From positions 1 through 14,130 of the forward strand of contig JARRQT010000086.1 of NCBI GenBank assembly GCA_037381445.1: 14,130 nt of DNA. The letters are read 5' to 3'. Below, in pieces: positions 6,199-14,130 of the stretch. Source of the stretch: Calditrichia bacterium. Lineage in GTDB: Bacteria > Calditrichota > Calditrichia > RBG-13-44-9. Position 1 is the first letter of the stretch. Each line of letters opens with the position of its first letter. Under the pieces are notes generated by a model. It ran no database searches. It saw nothing but the letters and a program-made list of their open reading frames with translations, and was not told the origin of the DNA. Made by a program: the position numbers and the translations under genes.

Positions 6199-6750
6199 CT
6201 AAAAGCGAACCTGATCCGGTTTCCAGTCCTTCAGGGCGTCCAGATAAATATTCCGCAGCGCCTCGAAATAGTCTATGGTTTCCGGCTGGCGATAGTCGGG
6301 GTAGGTCCAGTCGTTTATTTGAAAATGCCCCTTGCGGAAACGAAGATGCACGTCGCCGAAAATTCCCCGGTTCAGATAGATGCGGTGATCGTAGTCCTTA
6401 GTGGTGGCCAGAACAATTTTGGCCGCGCACAGGTATCCGGGATCGATGTTGACCATTCTTCCGTTTTCTCCGGCAAAATCGGTTTCGATTAAGTTGGCAG
6501 CGATCTTAAGGTCCGGCAGGTATTCCGCCGGTTTGAGCTCTGTAAATGAGACAAACTGTTTCTGCAGGCCGCCCCCCATTTCCGGCGAATAATAGTCGGT
6601 GAAGTCACTGAAGGCGAAGAGGTCAGAGCGGCTGTCGGCCGGTGAAAGGAGTGCTTCCAGTTTACGGATAATCTCTTCCGGTTTTGCCCCCGGGGCAAAG
6701 GTGACCGCGCAGAATATCTTGACCGGGGGATAAATACGAATTTTACCCAT
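6199..6750 (-). CDS. DUF4416 family protein
   Basis: 183 aa with FTDYYSPEMG, NIDPGYL, VLATTKDYDHRIYL and WTYPDY, as recalled for DUF4416. Overlaps the upstream ligase gene by 8 bp. Confidence 0.8.
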   Translation of the reverse strand: MGKIRIYPPVKIFCAVTFAPGAKPEEIIRKLEALLSPADSRSDLFAFSDFTDYYSPEMGGGLQKQFVSFTELKPAEYLPDLKIAANLIETDFAGENGRMVNIDPGYLCAAKIVLATTKDYDHRIYLNRGIFGDVHLRFRKGHFQINDWTYPDYRQPETIDYFEALRNIYLDALKDWKPDQVRF

Positions 6751-8557
6751 CTTCTTTCATTTCGTAATCTTCATGGGGATATAACTGATCGATGAGGTGT
6801 TCGTATTTTTTCTCGACCACATTACGTTTGATCTTCAGCGTCGGTGTCAGATCCCCGCTCTCGATGGTGAACGGCTCGCTCATCAGCTTGAATTTTTTGA
6901 TGGTTTCATAGCTCGCCAGATCGGTGGAAACCGCATCGATTTCCTTCCGGATCAGATCGTTGATTTCCGGCTTTTCCACCAATTCTTCGATATTGCTGTA
7001 TTGAATATTGTTCTTTTTGGCATAGGCTTCCACACTCTCCATTGCCGGGACGATGAGCGCCGAACAGTATTTCCGGCGGTTTCCCACCACCACCGCCTGT
7101 TCAATATATTTTGAAGTGATAAGCAGGTTTTCAATGGACTGGGGCGCCACGTTCTTTCCGCCGCTGGTTACAATGATGTTCTTCTTGCGGTCCGTGATGA
7201 AGAGAAAGCCGTCTTTGTCCAGGTAACCGATATCGCCGGTATGCAGCCAGCCGTCTTTGTCAATGGACTCTTTGGTTTCTTCTTCGTTCTTATAGTAGCC
7301 TTTCATTACGTGAGGTCCGCGCGTCAGAATTTCACCGTCCTCTTCAATGCAGACTTCCACGTTGGGAATGGGCAGCCCCACCGAACCGAATTTGAAATTA
7401 TCCAGCCGGTTCACGGAAATGACCGGCGAAGATTCCGTCAGTCCGAAACCCTCCAGCAGCACCAGCCCGGCAGCGTTAAAGAATTCATTGATGTCCCTGG
7501 AAAGCGGTGCGCCGCCGGAAATGAACATGCGGATTTTTCCCCCGACCCGCTCTTTCAGCTTGGAATAAACCAGTTTGTCCGCAATTCCGTACTGGATTTT
7601 TATCAAGCCGCTAAGTGGCATTTTTTTCTGTTTATAGAGAATCGCTTTCTTTCCCAACTCAATGGCCCAGAAAAAGATTTTCCTTTTCACGGCGGAACCT
7701 TCTTCCAGGGATTCCAGCACCCGGGCGTACACTTTCTCGAAGAAGCGGGGGACACTGGTCATTATAGTTGGGTGGACTTCATTAAGATTCTCAGCCACCG
7801 TATCGATGCTTTCCGCGTAGGCGATGGTTGCACCAATGGAGAAAGCCAGGAAATGTCCCGCCATTCTTTCAAATACATGTGAAAGCGGAAGGAAGGACAG
7901 GAAAGTGTCCGTGGAATCGACCGGCAGAACCTGCAGGGAGCCTTCCACGTTGGAGAGGAAATTCCCGTGGACCAGCATAACGCCTTTCGGTGTGCCGGTG
8001 GTGCCCGAAGTATAGATAATACTGGCCACATCATCGCGATTGAGTCCGGCAAGGGTTTTGTCCTGAAAATCCGGATATTTTTCGCGGTAGGATTTTCCGG
8101 ATTCATAAATTTCATCCCAGGTGATGATATCTTTGTCCTTCTCACCATCCATAAGGATAATGTGCTTCAGATTCTTTAGTTTTTTCTGGATTTTCCGGAG
8201 TTTGGCCAGCTGGTGGGTTCCGGAAATAATAATGATCTGGCCTTCGGAATTGTTGATGATAAACTCAATGTGTGAAGGAAGGAGTGTCGGATAGATCGGT
8301 ACGGTTATTCCTCCCAGCGAAAGGATGGCGTAATCGGACAAGGCCCATTCCACCCGATTTTCCGAAAGCAGCAGCACCCGGTCCCCCTTCTCCACGCCCA
8401 GTTTTTTTAAACCGGCCGCCAGTCCGATTTCTTTTTCCTGAATTTCTTTAAAGGCAAGCGATTGATATTTTCCCCCTGTTTTGTACATCATGCCGGTCTT
8501 TTCAGGATACTTCTCGCACACCGCTTGAAACATTGCGCCCAGGCTGGGGTAATTCAT
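6743..8557 (-). CDS. fadD: Long-chain-fatty-acid--CoA ligase (AMP-dependent synthetase, FadD15-like)
   Basis: 604 aa with the AMP-binding motif IIYTSGTTGTPKGV, plus FLPLSHVFER, EGFGLTE, GWLHTGDIG, DRKKNIIVTSGGKNVAP and LTPTLKIKR. SD AAGGAGG at 8566-8572. Confidence 0.93.
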   Translation of the reverse strand: MNYPSLGAMFQAVCEKYPEKTGMMYKTGGKYQSLAFKEIQEKEIGLAAGLKKLGVEKGDRVLLLSENRVEWALSDYAILSLGGITVPIYPTLLPSHIEFIINNSEGQIIIISGTHQLAKLRKIQKKLKNLKHIILMDGEKDKDIITWDEIYESGKSYREKYPDFQDKTLAGLNRDDVASIIYTSGTTGTPKGVMLVHGNFLSNVEGSLQVLPVDSTDTFLSFLPLSHVFERMAGHFLAFSIGATIAYAESIDTVAENLNEVHPTIMTSVPRFFEKVYARVLESLEEGSAVKRKIFFWAIELGKKAILYKQKKMPLSGLIKIQYGIADKLVYSKLKERVGGKIRMFISGGAPLSRDINEFFNAAGLVLLEGFGLTESSPVISVNRLDNFKFGSVGLPIPNVEVCIEEDGEILTRGPHVMKGYYKNEEETKESIDKDGWLHTGDIGYLDKDGFLFITDRKKNIIVTSGGKNVAPQSIENLLITSKYIEQAVVVGNRRKYCSALIVPAMESVEAYAKKNNIQYSNIEELVEKPEINDLIRKEIDAVSTDLASYETIKKFKLMSEPFTIESGDLTPTLKIKRNVVEKKYEHLIDQLYPHEDYEMKEDG

Positions 8558-8589
8558 TGTGCCGTCCTCCTTATAATTTTCATAATTCT

Positions 8590-8619
8590 AATATAATGAA
8601 AAAGTTGAATGACTGTCAA
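8590..8619 (-). promoter_or_regulatory. Putative sigma70 promoter for fadD-DUF4416(-purM)
   Basis: Minus strand TTGACA-N18-TATATT. Confidence 0.6.
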
Positions 8620-8937
8620 TGGTTTCTTGGGCATCGGAACAGGTCAGGTGAAATATTATCAGGAAAAAGTGCCGTTTGGGGGCTTGTTGTCTCTTTGCAG
8701 GTGCCGTTTTGTTTGGCTACCGTCGAGCACAGATGGATTTTTCTAATTGCCGCCATGAGGCTTTCGTACTGCTCCCGGTTTTGCGCCCCGAGGGAACAGG
8801 CAAAAAACTATTTTGGGAAGAAACTCCCCTGAAGATTATACATTTATATGATGGGAGGCCGGATGAGTGAAATCCTGACAGGGTAAATATGGATTCCCAT
8901 TTTGGATTTTTTATCCTTATATTTGTTAAGTTGATTA

Positions 8938-11400
8938 ATGAGGCAATTTAACTTTATGAAAAAGCTATCCGCCGTTTTTAAAAGTATCAGGGAATTTCTG
9001 GAAAGCAAAAAATTTTTGGGCGTCGCGCTGGATGATATGGCGGCCAAGTCGATTCTCGGCATCATTCTGATTATTGCCATTGCCAGCATGCTGCCCAGCG
9101 AGCGGCCTTTTGAATACAGCAATTTAACGGTGGGAAGCGTGGCCCGCGAGGAGATTATCGCGCCTTTTACCTTCCCCATCATAAAATCGCAGCAGGAACT
9201 GGAGAAGGAACGGCAGAAAGCCAGTCTGAGCGTTCCGCCGGTTTTCAATATGAAATCCAGTCCCCTGGATGTTCAGAAGATAAAACTGAAAAGTCTGTTC
9301 GATGAAATCGAGCTTTTTTTCAAAACCAATTCCAAAACCATAAAATCGCAAGCCGCCGGCAAATCGCCGCTTTTTGATTTCAACGCGGTGGACAGCCTTT
9401 TAAAGCAAATTTTTGTGAAATATAATGTGAGTCTGAATGCCACCGATTTGAAGGACCTTTACGATCTCTATGAAAAGGGGCATCTGAATGCTTTCTATAC
9501 AAACCTGCTGGTGGGATTCAGTTCGGTTTATAAACAGGGGATTATCGATATTCCCAAGAATCAGATTCAGGAGGAGAAGGTTTCAATCCTCCACAACGGA
9601 ATGGAAGAAGAAACATCTCTCAATCAGGTGCTGGACATGGGAGAAGCGCGGGATAAAATTCTGGATGATGTTCTGCAAAGCAAATATCCGCCTGCATCCA
9701 TTGAGCTGCGGTTGGCGCCGAAAATCGTTGCCGCTTTTTTGACGCCCGATTTGATATATGATCAGGAACTGACCGCCATCCGGAAAGACAAGGCGATCCA
9801 TGAGGTGCCAACCACCAGCGGATTCGTTCATAAAGACCAACGCATTGTAGACAGCCACGAGGTGGTAACGCCCGAGATTTACCTGGAATTGCAATCCCTG
9901 GCCGCCGCCCTGCAGGAACGTAGCGCCATGAAAACAGGGTGGGAGCGGGTGCTTTTCTTTTTCGGAAAATATTTATACGCGATTATCATTACCGTTCTTT
10001 TTGGGTTTTATATTTTCTTTTACCGGCCGAGAATATTTGGCGATAACAAAATGCTCCTGCTCATCACCACAGTGGTGCTGCTGCAGTTTTTCTTCGCGGT
10101 GCTGGTGGTCAGTGTGTTGGGATGGAATTATCTGAGCATTCCGGTTACCCTGGCGCCCATGCTGCTATCTATGCTGCTGGATGCCTCTATCGGTTTTGTG
10201 GGCACAGTTATCATCAGCATTATTCTGGGGGCCTCGCAGGGAAATAATTTCTACCTGGCCCTCATGACTTTTGTGGTGGGAACCATTGCGCTGTTCTCAG
10301 TGCAGAAAATCCGTAACCGGGGACAGATGTTCCGCGCGATCCTTTATATCATGCTGGGCTACATGGTGCTGAATTTCAGTTATGGATTCCTCCATTACGA
10401 GGCGTTCAAAACCATGGTTCAGGACTTTTTCTTCTTCGAAGTGCCCAATGCCATACTGGCGCCCACCGCGGTTTTTCTGCTGATCGGAGTATTCGAAAAG
10501 TTTTTCGATGTGACCACCGATATCACGCTGCTGGAACTGTCGGATTTGAACAATCCCCTGCTGAAGCGTCTCTCTGTGGAAGCGCCCGGAACCTTCCACC
10601 ACAGCATCATCGTGGGAAATCTCGCCGAGGCGGCTGCCAAAGCGGTGGGCGCCAATTCCCTGCTGGCCCGGGTAGGATGCTACTATCATGACATCGGGAA
10701 GATGCAGCGCGCTGAGTATTTTGTGGAAAACCAGGCCGGTTCTTTCAACAAGCATGAGAATTTAACACCAACCATGAGCAGTCTGATTTTGTCAAAGCAT
10801 GTGAAGGCCGGCATGGACCTGGCGGAACAATACGGTTTGCCATATGCAGTCAGAAAATTCATTCCCGAGCATCATGGCACCAGCCTGATGGCTTATTTCT
10901 ATCACAAGGCCAAGGAAACCATGGATCCCAAAGATATCAACGAAAATGATTTTCGATATCCGGGACCCAAGCCGCAGTCCAAGGAGACTGCCATTGCCAT
11001 GATGGCCGATACTGTGGAAGCTGCTTCCCGCACGCTGGCCAATCCCACCCTGCAGCGGTTGAACGCTCTGGTGGAACAGCTCATTGAAAAACGTTTCCAG
11101 GAAAATGAGCTGGATGAATGCGATTTGACACTGAGTGATTTGAGCAGGATCCGGGAGGCTTTCGTCCCTATTTTGATGGGAATCCATCATCTGCGGGTTG
11201 AGTATCCCGGAGACAATCAGGGGGACAAACGGAAAAAAGCCGGTCCCGAAAAACCCGAACCGAAAAGCGCCAAAAAGAAAGAACCCGAACAGAAAACTTC
11301 GGTGGCCAGCGAAACGGATGAAAATTTGAAACCGGTAAATGCGGCAGCCGGGAGTGCCATAAATGAGCAGAAGAAAAACAAAAATTCAAATGATAAATAA
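8938..11400 (+). CDS. pgpH: 7TM-HD (HDIG) membrane phosphohydrolase, PgpH/YqfF-like cyclic-di-AMP phosphodiesterase
   Basis: N-terminal TM, a large extracellular domain and about 7 TMs, followed by LLELSDLNNPLL, EAPGTFHHS, YYHDIGK, EHHGT, FRYPGPKPQSKE and MMADTVEAA. The true start may be 8956. Confidence 0.88.
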   Translation: MRQFNFMKKLSAVFKSIREFLESKKFLGVALDDMAAKSILGIILIIAIASMLPSERPFEYSNLTVGSVAREEIIAPFTFPIIKSQQELEKERQKASLSVPPVFNMKSSPLDVQKIKLKSLFDEIELFFKTNSKTIKSQAAGKSPLFDFNAVDSLLKQIFVKYNVSLNATDLKDLYDLYEKGHLNAFYTNLLVGFSSVYKQGIIDIPKNQIQEEKVSILHNGMEEETSLNQVLDMGEARDKILDDVLQSKYPPASIELRLAPKIVAAFLTPDLIYDQELTAIRKDKAIHEVPTTSGFVHKDQRIVDSHEVVTPEIYLELQSLAAALQERSAMKTGWERVLFFFGKYLYAIIITVLFGFYIFFYRPRIFGDNKMLLLITTVVLLQFFFAVLVVSVLGWNYLSIPVTLAPMLLSMLLDASIGFVGTVIISIILGASQGNNFYLALMTFVVGTIALFSVQKIRNRGQMFRAILYIMLGYMVLNFSYGFLHYEAFKTMVQDFFFFEVPNAILAPTAVFLLIGVFEKFFDVTTDITLLELSDLNNPLLKRLSVEAPGTFHHSIIVGNLAEAAAKAVGANSLLARVGCYYHDIGKMQRAEYFVENQAGSFNKHENLTPTMSSLILSKHVKAGMDLAEQYGLPYAVRKFIPEHHGTSLMAYFYHKAKETMDPKDINENDFRYPGPKPQSKETAIAMMADTVEAASRTLANPTLQRLNALVEQLIEKRFQENELDECDLTLSDLSRIREAFVPILMGIHHLRVEYPGDNQGDKRKKAGPEKPEPKSAKKKEPEQKTSVASETDENLKPVNAAAGSAINEQKKNKNSNDK

Positions 11401-11797
11401 TCATCCCTCGGGAATTCTCTCGCGGAATGAATACAAAAGTCTGGTGAAGTCTGTGGTTGAAGAAGAGAATATCCCGGTTACGGAACTGAACGTCATCGCG
11501 GTGGATGATGAATACCTTCGCAAACTTCACCGCGAATACCTGCATGATGATACCTATACGGATGTCATGACATTCGCGCTGGATGAAACCGGTGAGAAGG
11601 AGGCCGAAATCTACGTGAGCTTTGACCGGGCGCAAATCCAGGCCAAACAGTATGGGGTGGAAGTCGCGGAAGAAGTGGCGAGGCTGATCGTTCACGGATT
11701 GCTGCATCTCAAAGGCTATGATGACCGCACAGAAAAAGAACGCGCCAGGATGCATGAGTTGGAAAATGAAATGCTGAGAAAATACTGGGCCGTATGA
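11363..11797 (+). CDS. ybeY: rRNA maturation endoribonuclease YbeY
   Basis: Motifs LHREYL, TDVMTF, EIYVS and HGLLHLKGYDD; usual position after the 7TM-HD gene. Alternative start at 11390. Confidence 0.92.
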   Translation: MSRRKTKIQMINNHPSGILSRNEYKSLVKSVVEEENIPVTELNVIAVDDEYLRKLHREYLHDDTYTDVMTFALDETGEKEAEIYVSFDRAQIQAKQYGVEVAEEVARLIVHGLLHLKGYDDRTEKERARMHELENEMLRKYWAV

Positions 11798-11808
11798 ATG
11801 AAAATCGC

Positions 11809-11830
11809 TTTTCCGCTGTAAAGCGGAAAA
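11809..11830 (+). other. Perfect 9-bp stem-loop with a GTAA loop after ybeY
   Basis: TTTTCCGCT-GTAA-AGCGGAAAA; no downstream U-tract on either strand. Confidence 0.7.
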
Positions 11831-12024
11831 ATAATAATTGCACTCTAACAATCCATTCCATTTATAATATTCCAATGTAATCCATATAATTTACATATAG
11901 TTAGCGTTAAAAATGCAGTTTCCCTGAAAATTCCGTTCAAAAAGAATGGATTTTCATGGTTAAAGAATTTATATTTACATCGGCAATTATTAAGTGTAAC
12001 AAATGTGAGGAAAGATTCTAAAAA

Positions 12025-13260
12025 TTGTCACCTGAAATATTTATCTCATTGACCCCCGCCCAATTAGAAAAATTTAAAATTTCAACAAATCATTCCGAAA
12101 GACGCGTCAGCAAATTGATGGGTTGGCCGCGTCAGCTTCTCATCACCATTGTCATCGGGAATACGGTGGTCAACATTACCATCGCCTCCCTGGCCGCTAT
12201 CCTGACATCCGATCTGAGCCACATGATCGGATTCAACCAGAATATTGTAATTTTGCTTGATGTGCTGGTGGTGACATTTGTTATTTTAATTGTCAGTGAA
12301 ATTCTGCCCAAAGTGGTGGCGGTGCGGAATTCCGAGACCTTTTCCATCCGGACCTCTCTGATCTTGTCGTTTGTCTTTTACCTGCTCTACCCGCTCTCCT
12401 ATGCCCTGGCCCGCTTCACCCATTTTCTGCAGGTGCATTCCGGTTTCTCTGAGGAAAAAATTCTGCTCACCGAAGATGAACTGAAAACGCTTGCCGAGGT
12501 CGGGGAAGAGCAGGGGACGCTGCAGAAGGATGAAAAGGAGATGATCCACAGCATCTTCGAATTTGGGGAGACTTCTGTGAGGGAGATCATGATCCCGCGC
12601 ACCGATATGGTCATTGTGGACACCACCACCACGCTGACCCAGTTGATGCAGCTGGTGAAAACGAAGCTCCACTCCCGCATCCCCGTATTCAAGAATAAAA
12701 TCGACAACATTATCGGCATCCTGTATGTTAAGGACCTGCTGCCGTACCTGAGCAAGCGCAAACGGGAGAGAATCGATCTGGAACGGCTGGCGCGTCCCGC
12801 CTATTTCGTTCCCGAACAGAAAAAGATTGACGAGCTGCTGCGCGAATTCCAGGAAGAACATATTCACATGGCGGTGGTGGTGGACGAATACGGCGGCATT
12901 TCCGGACTTGTTACTCTCGAGGACATCATTGAGGAGATCGTCGGGGAAATCCAGGATGAATACGATAAGGAATTGCCGCTCTACAAAAAAATGGATGAGC
13001 GGACTTTTGTCATCGACGGCAGAATGTCCGTCGAAGAAGTCAATGAGGAAATGGGACTGAACCTGCCGACCGAAGAGGGCATCGAGACCATCAGCGGGTT
13101 TATTCTGAATATTCTGGGTTCGCTTCCCACGGAAAATCAGGAAGTAACCTACCACGACTACAAGTTCACCGTGGAAAAAATAAACAGAAACCGGATACTC
13201 AGGGTTCGGGTCGAAAAAGTCGCTTTAATTGAAGATGAATCCTCCAAAAAGCAACCATAA
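12025..13260 (+). CDS. CNNM/CorC-HlyC family (GldE/hemolysin-like) protein with DUF21, CBS pair and CorC domains; N-terminus appears short
   Basis: Motifs TIVIGNTVVN, SEILPK, VREIMIPRTDM, HSRIPV, GILYVKDLL, VVDEYGG...GLVTLEDIIEEIVGEIQDEYD and ETISGF. Confidence 0.9.
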   Translation: MSPEIFISLTPAQLEKFKISTNHSERRVSKLMGWPRQLLITIVIGNTVVNITIASLAAILTSDLSHMIGFNQNIVILLDVLVVTFVILIVSEILPKVVAVRNSETFSIRTSLILSFVFYLLYPLSYALARFTHFLQVHSGFSEEKILLTEDELKTLAEVGEEQGTLQKDEKEMIHSIFEFGETSVREIMIPRTDMVIVDTTTTLTQLMQLVKTKLHSRIPVFKNKIDNIIGILYVKDLLPYLSKRKRERIDLERLARPAYFVPEQKKIDELLREFQEEHIHMAVVVDEYGGISGLVTLEDIIEEIVGEIQDEYDKELPLYKKMDERTFVIDGRMSVEEVNEEMGLNLPTEEGIETISGFILNILGSLPTENQEVTYHDYKFTVEKINRNRILRVRVEKVALIEDESSKKQP

Positions 13261-14130
13261 CAGCGATATCCTTTTAAGAGAAATTCCTTCCGTACAGGAG
13301 CTGCTCAGCGATTCGTCGCTGGCGGCCGCATCCGTTGATATCAAGTATCTGAAAGTGATTGTGCAGCGTACCGTGGAGGGCTGGCGCCAACTTATTCTGA
13401 GCGGCAAAGTCCGCGGGACTCTGGAGAGGAAGGAATTGAAGCGGAAAATTCTGCAGGAAATCAGGCAGAGACTGGCCCAGCTGGGAGGATTTAAAATGAA
13501 GCGGGTCATCAATGGCACCGGTATTATTCTGCATACCAACCTGGGAAGGGCCCCGCTGCCGGATATCGCCAAAACCCACCTGCAGGAAATCATTGAAAAT
13601 TACAGCAACTTGGAGATTGATCTGGAAACCGGCAGGCGGGGAAACCGGCTTTCCATTGTGGAAGAGCAGCTCTGCCTCATCACCGGCGCCGAAGCGGCCG
13701 TGGTGACCAACAATAACGCGGCGGCCATTCTGCTCGCGCTGAACAGCCTCTGCGCTCGCAAAGAGGTGCCGGTCTCCCGGGGTGAATTGGTTGAGATCGG
13801 CGGCTCATTCCGCATGCCGGAAGTCATGAAAGCGGGCGCTGCGAAAATGGTAGAAATCGGGACCACCAACCGGACCCATCTCAGTGACTATGAAAATGCT
13901 ATCACTCAGCGGACTGCCGCCATCCTCAAGGTGCACACCAGTAATTACCGGGTGCAGGGATTTACAAAAAGTGTTACCATCGAAGAGCTGGTGCAACTGG
14001 CGCACCGCCGCCATCTGCCGCTGATTTATGACATGGGAAGCGGGGTGATTGAGGACCTTCAGCAGTGGGGCTATCCCCATGAACCGGTGGCCCGGGAATA
14101 TATTGAAGCCGGTGTGGAAGTGATCACTTT
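13235..14130 (+). CDS. selA: L-seryl-tRNA(Sec) selenium transferase (partial; runs off the window end)
   Basis: Not in the ORF track. Translation from the ATG at 13235: MNPPKS...LREIPSVQELL...VINGTGIILHTNLGRAPL...YSNLEIDL...NNNAAA...SRGELVEIGGSFRMPEVM...EIGTTNRTH...LKVHTSNY...DMGSG. Overlaps the upstream gene by 26 bp. Confidence 0.96.
   Translation, partial: MNPPKSNHNSDILLREIPSVQELLSDSSLAAASVDIKYLKVIVQRTVEGWRQLILSGKVRGTLERKELKRKILQEIRQRLAQLGGFKMKRVINGTGIILHTNLGRAPLPDIAKTHLQEIIENYSNLEIDLETGRRGNRLSIVEEQLCLITGAEAAVVTNNNAAAILLALNSLCARKEVPVSRGELVEIGGSFRMPEVMKAGAAKMVEIGTTNRTHLSDYENAITQRTAAILKVHTSNYRVQGFTKSVTIEELVQLAHRRHLPLIYDMGSGVIEDLQQWGYPHEPVAREYIEAGVEVIT

Noticed and set aside
8669..8709. GTGCCGTTT repeated 32 bp apart in the fadD/pgpH spacer
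   Set aside because: Two 9-mers could arise by chance, and there is no other support for an operator or riboswitch.

Overview
Bacterial chromosomal window with GC-rich coding regions and AT-rich spacers. An FCB-related lineage such as Calditrichota is a weak guess only. Minus strand: partial rlmD, a stand-alone trpB2 with an unannotated Trp leader peptide and attenuator, dedA, an unannotated 55-aa membrane protein, purM, a DUF4416 gene and a long-chain acyl-CoA ligase. Plus strand: tRNA-Ser(GCT), tRNA-Ser(TGA), tRNA-Glu(CTC) and a pgpH-like 7TM-HD / ybeY / corC-like / selA cluster. The most unusual part is 2615-3740, downstream of the tRNA-Ser pair. It holds a tandem array of a conserved hairpin plus degenerate tRNA-Ser(TGA) copies, each with a 23-25 nt palindromic insert in the anticodon loop. 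A small GIY-YIG nuclease gene is embedded in the array, and a ~213-bp nested palindrome with six ACCTTA(T/G)T sites follows it. All calls come from reading the sequence and from recalled family motifs; no searches were run.
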